Of a stretch of 64,000 nt of DNA, positions 59,501 to 64,000 are shown one piece after another. Under the pieces are notes generated by a model. It was not told the DNA's origin. It made no database searches and was given only the letters and a program-made list of their open reading frames with translations. How positions within the stretch are numbered: the stretch's first letter is position 1; each line of letters begins with the position of its first letter. A program made the translations under genes and the position numbers. The stretch is from the human T2T-CHM13v2.0 reference genome, Homo sapiens: NCBI RefSeq assembly GCF_009914755.1, contig NC_060925.1; one strand, 5' to 3'.

Positions 59501-62500
59501 CATCAATTGGTATTGAATGGAATTGTCATCAAACGGAATTCAAAGGAATCATCATCAAATGGAACCGAATGGAATCCTCATTGAATGGAAATGAAAGGAA
59601 TCATCCTCTAATGGAATCGCATGGAATCATCATCAAATGGAATCGAATGGAATCATCATCAAATGGAATCTAATGGAATCATTGAACGGAATTGAATGGA
59701 ATCGTCATCGAATGAATTGAATGCAATCAACGAATGGTCTCGAATGGAACCATCTCCAAATAGAATGGAATGGAATCATCGCATAGAATCGAATGGAATT
59801 ATCATCGAATGGACTCGAATGGAATCAACATCAAACGGAATCAAACGGAATTATCGAATGGAATCGAAGAGAATCATCGAACGGACTCGAATGGAATCAT
59901 CTAATGGAATGGAATGGAAGAATTCATGGACTCGAATGCAATCATCATCGAATGGAATCGAATGGAATCATCGAATGGACTCGAATGGAATAATCATTGA
60001 ACGGAATCGAATGGAATCATCATCGGATGGAAACGAATGGAATCATCATCGAATGGAATCGAATGGGATCATCAAATGGAATCAGATGGAATCATCATCA
60101 AATGGAATCGAATAGAATTATGGAATGAAATCCAATGTGATCATCATTGAATGGACTCGAATGGAATCATCATCCAATGGAAACTAATGGAATCAACATC
60201 GAATGGAATCGAATGGAAACACCATCGAATTGAAACGAATGGAATTATCATGAAATTGAAATGGATGGACTCATCATCGAATGGATTCGAATGGAATCAT
60301 CGAATGAAATTGATTGAAATCATCATCAAATGGAATCGAAAGGAATCATTGAATGGAATCGAATGGAATCATCATCAGATGGAAATGAATGGAATCATAA
60401 TAGAATGGAATTGCATGGATTCATTGAATGGAATCAGATGGAATCATTGAATGGACTTGAATGGAATCGTTGAATGGACTCGAATGGAATCATTATTGAA
60501 TGGAATTGAATAGAATCATCGAATGGTCTCGAATGGAATCATTATCAAATGAAGTCGAATGGAATCACCGAATAGAATCGAATGGAACAATCATCGAATG
60601 GACTCAAATGGAATTATCCTCAAATGGAATCAAATGGATTCATCGAATGCAATCGAATTTAATTATCGAATGCAATCGAATAGAATCATCGAATGGACTC
60701 GAATGGAATCATCGAATGGAATGCAATGGATTAATGCATGGACTCGAATTCAATCACCATCGAATACAATCGAATGGAGTCATCGAATCGACTCAAATGG
60801 AATAATCATTGAATGGAATCGAATGGAATCATCGAGTGGAATCGAATGGAATCATGATCAAATGGAATCGAATATAATCATCATCAAATGGAATCAAAAA
60901 TAAACATCATCAATTGGTATTGAATGGAATTGTCATCAAATGGAATTCAAAGGAATCATCATCAAATGGAACCGAATGGAATCCTCATTGAATGGAAATG
61001 AAAGGAGTCATCATCTAATGGAATCGCATGGAATCATCATCAAATGGAATCGAATGGAATCATCATCAAATGGAATCTAATGGAATCATTGAACGGAATT
61101 GAATGGAATCGTCATCGAATGAATTCAATGCAATCAACGAATGGTCTCGAATGTAACCACCTCCAAATGGAAAGTAATGGAATCATCGCATAGAATCGAA
61201 TGGAATTTTCATTGAATGGACTCGAATGGAATCAACATCAAATGGAATCAAACGGAATTATCGAATGGAATCGAAGAGAATCATCGAATGGACTCGAATG
61301 GAATCATCTAATGAAATGGAATGGAAGAATCCATGGTCTCGAATGCAATCATCATCGAATGGAATCGAATGGAATCATCGAATGGACTCGAATGGAATAA
61401 TCATTGAACGGAATCGAATGGAATCATCATCGGATGGAAACGAATGGAATCATCAAATAGAATCAGATGGAATCATCATCAAATGGAATCGAATAGAATT
61501 ATGGAATGAAATCCATTGTGATCATCATCGAATGGACTCGAATGGAATCATCATCCAATGGAAACTAATGGAATCAACATCGAATGGAATCGAATGGAAA
61601 CTCCATCGAATTGAAACGAATGGAATTATGAAATTGAAATGGATGGACTCATCATCGAATGGATTCGAATGGAATCATCGAATGAAATTGATTGAAATCA
61701 TCATCAAATGGAATCGAATGGAATCATTGAATGGAATCGAATGGAATCATCATCAGATGGAAATGAATGGAATCATCATAGAATGGAATCGAATGGATTC
61801 ATTGAATGGAATCAGATGGAATCATCGAATGGACTTGAATGGAATCATTGAATGGACACGAATGGAATCATTATGGAATGGAATTGAATGGAATCATCGA
61901 ATGGTCTCGAATAGAATCATTATCAAATGGAATCGAATGGAATCACCGAATAGAATCGAATGAAACAATCATCGAATGGACTCAAATGGAATTATCCTCA
62001 AATGGAATCGAATGGAATTATCGAATGCAATCGAATGGAATAATCGAATGCAATCGAATAGAATCATCGAATGGACTTGAAAGGAATCATCGATTGAAAT
62101 GGAATGGAATAGTCAATGAACTCGAATGGAATCATCACTGAATGGAATCATCGAGTGGAATCGAATGGAATCATGATCAAATGGAATCGAAAGTAATCAT
62201 CATCAAATGGAATCAAAATAACCATCATCAATTGGTATTGAATGGAATTGTCATCAAACGGAATTCAAAGGAATCATCATCAAATGGAACCGAATGGAAT
62301 CCTCATTGAATGGAAATGAAAGGAGTCATCCTCTAATGGAATCGCATGGAATCATCATCAAATGGAATCGAATGGAATCATCATCAAATGGAATCTAATG
62401 GAATCATTGAACGGAATTGAATGGAATCGTCATCGAATGAATTGAATGCAATCAACGAATGGTCTCGAATGGAACCACCTCCAAATGGAATGGAATGGAA

Positions 62501-64000
62501 TCATCGCATAGAATCGAATGGAATTATCATCGAATGGACCCGAATGGAATCAACATCAAACGGAATCAAACGGAATTATCGAATGGAATCGAAGAGAATC
62601 ATCGAACGAGCTCGAATGGAATCATCTAATGGAATGGAATGGAAGAATCCATGGACTCGAATGCAATCATCATCGAATGGAATCGAATGGAATCATCGAA
62701 TGGACTCGAATGGAATAATCATTGAACGGAATCGAATGGAATCATCATCGGATGGAAACGAATGGAATCATCAAATGGAATCAGATGGAATCATCAAATG
62801 GAATCAGATGGAATCATCATCAAATGGAATCGAATAGAATTATGGAATGAAATCCAATGTGATCATCATTGAATGGACTCGAATGGAATCATCATCCAAT
62901 GGAAACTAATGGAATCAACATCGAATGGAATCGAATGGAAACACCATCGAATTGAAACGAATGGAATTATCATGAAATTGAAATGGATGGACTCATCATC
63001 GAATGGATTCGAATGGAATCATCGAATGAAATTTATTGAAATCATCATCAAATGGAATCGAAAGGAATCATTGAATGGAATCGAATGGAATCATCATCAG
63101 ATGGAAATGAATGGAATCATCATAGAATGGAATTGCATGGATTCATTGAATGGAATCAGATGGAATCATCGAATGGACTTGAATGGAATCGTTGAATGGA
63201 CTCGAATGGAATCATTATTGAATGGAATTGAATAGAATCATCGAATGGTCTCGAATGGAATCCTTATCAAATGAAGTCGAATGGAATCACCGAATAGAAT
63301 CGAATGGAACAATCATCGAATGGACTCAAATGGAATTATCCTCAAATGGAATCAAATGGATTCATCGAATGGAATCGAATTTAATTATCGAATGCAATCG
63401 AATAGAATCATCGAATGGACTCGAATGGAATCATCGAATGGAATGCAATGGATTAATCCATGGACTCGAATTCAATCACCATCGAATACAATCGAATGGA
63501 GTCATCGAATCGACTCAAATGGAATAATCATTGAATGGAATCGAATGGAATCATCGAGTGGAATCGAATGGAATCATGATCAAATGGAATCGAATATAAT
63601 CATCATCAAATGGAATAAAAAATAAACATCATCAATTAGTATTGAATGGAATTGTCATCAAATGGAATTCAAAGGAATCATCATCAAATGGAACCGAATG
63701 GAATCCTCATTGAATGGAAATGAAAGGAGTCATCATCTAATGGAATCGCATGGAATCATCATCAAATGGAATCGAATGGAATCATCTTCAAATGGAATCT
63801 AAGGGAATCATTGAACGGAATTGAATGGAATCGTCATCGAATGAATTGAATGCAATCAACGAATGGTCTCGAATGGAACCACCTCCAAATGGAAAGGAAT
63901 GGAATCATCGCATAGAATCGAATGGAATTATCATCGAATGGACTCGAATGGAATCAACATCTAACAGAATCAAACGGAATTATCGAATGGAATCGAAGAG
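47551..64000 (+). repeat. Alternating A/B dimer array, ~2.73-kb higher-order unit
   Basis: B-diagnostic GGACTTGAAAGGAATCATCGATTGAAATGGAATGGAATAGTCAATGAACTCG at 48655, 51164, 53892, 56621, 59348 and 62073. A-to-A spacings are 2729, 2728, 2727 and 2722; the first two dimers are shortened by deletions. Confidence 0.9.

Larger units (their letters stand above)
613..63300 (+). repeat. ~1.4-kb monomer periodicity (48 landmark copies)
   Basis: Landmark ATGGAATCACC(G/A)AATAG (MESPNR frame) at 613, 1992, 3398, 5179, 6559, 7965, 9345, 10692, 12098, 13479, 14826, 15514, 16895, 18275, 18963, 20344, 21725, 23106, 24486, 25174, 26555, 27936, 29343, 30749, 32156, 33537, 34918, 36299, 37706, 39112, 40519, 41926, 43333, 44739, 46145, 47551, 48519, 49866, 51028, 52375, 53756, 55104, 56485, 57832, 59212, 60559, 61937, 63281. 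Modal spacings are 1406/1407, 1380/1381 and 1347. Confidence 0.93.
1..64000 (+). repeat. Human satellite II (HSat2/HSATII) pericentromeric tandem array, GGAAT strand
   Basis: Continuous degenerate (GGAAT)n with GAATGGAATCGAATGGAATCATCATC 26-mers and 23-mers. This is the reverse complement of the classical Sat II consensus (ATTCCATTCG)2(ATG)1-2. TCGA sites and ATCATC inserts are frequent, which distinguishes it from HSat3. No interruption seen. Confidence 0.97.

Noticed and set aside
205-63625. Numerous + strand ORFs (MESSNGIEWNHRM-type) as protein-coding genes
   Set aside because: They overlap in all three frames, are direct translations of the GGAAT/ATC repeat (which supplies ATGs and few stops), are broken by 1-bp indels between copies, and show no recognisable domain.
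1-64000. CRISPR array or prokaryotic repeat system
   Set aside because: There are no constant repeats separated by unique spacers and no cas-like genes; the intervening sequence is itself degenerate satellite.
1-64000. HSat3, alpha satellite or telomeric repeat identity
   Set aside because: Pure (GGAAT)n runs are short and the ATCATC/TCGA cores are HSat2-like. There is no 171-bp period and no TTAGGG tract.
1-64000. Embedded Alu/L1, unique island or inversion
   Set aside because: I saw no poly(A) tail, GC-rich stretch or CATTC-strand segment; landmark spacings account for the full length.

Overview
The whole 64-kb window is one uninterrupted, single-orientation array of human-type classical satellite II (HSat2/HSATII), read on the GGAAT strand. 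It is built from AATGGAATCG/AATGGAATCATCATC 23- and 26-bp cores with dense TCGA sites. I see no genes, RNA genes, transposon insertions, unique sequence or inversions, and all listed ORFs appear to be by-products of the repeat. A landmark (ATGGAATCACCGAATAG) recurs 48 times and defines a ~1.4-kb monomer of two kinds: A (1406/1407 bp, or 1378-1381 bp after a 26-bp loss) and B (1344-1348 bp, 8 copies). The monomers are arranged in nested higher-order duplications with periods of 4566, 3161/2786, 4134, 3449, 6211, 8363 and 5457 bp. There are also rearranged units of 688, 968, 1162 and 1781 bp. From ~47.5 kb the array switches to a strict A/B dimer of ~2.73 kb. I found no credible new coding system. 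What is interesting is the readable record of satellite turnover, plus candidate DUX4 and poly(A) motifs that vary among monomer types. All spacings were derived by hand from the sequence and ORF-track coordinates and should be confirmed computationally.
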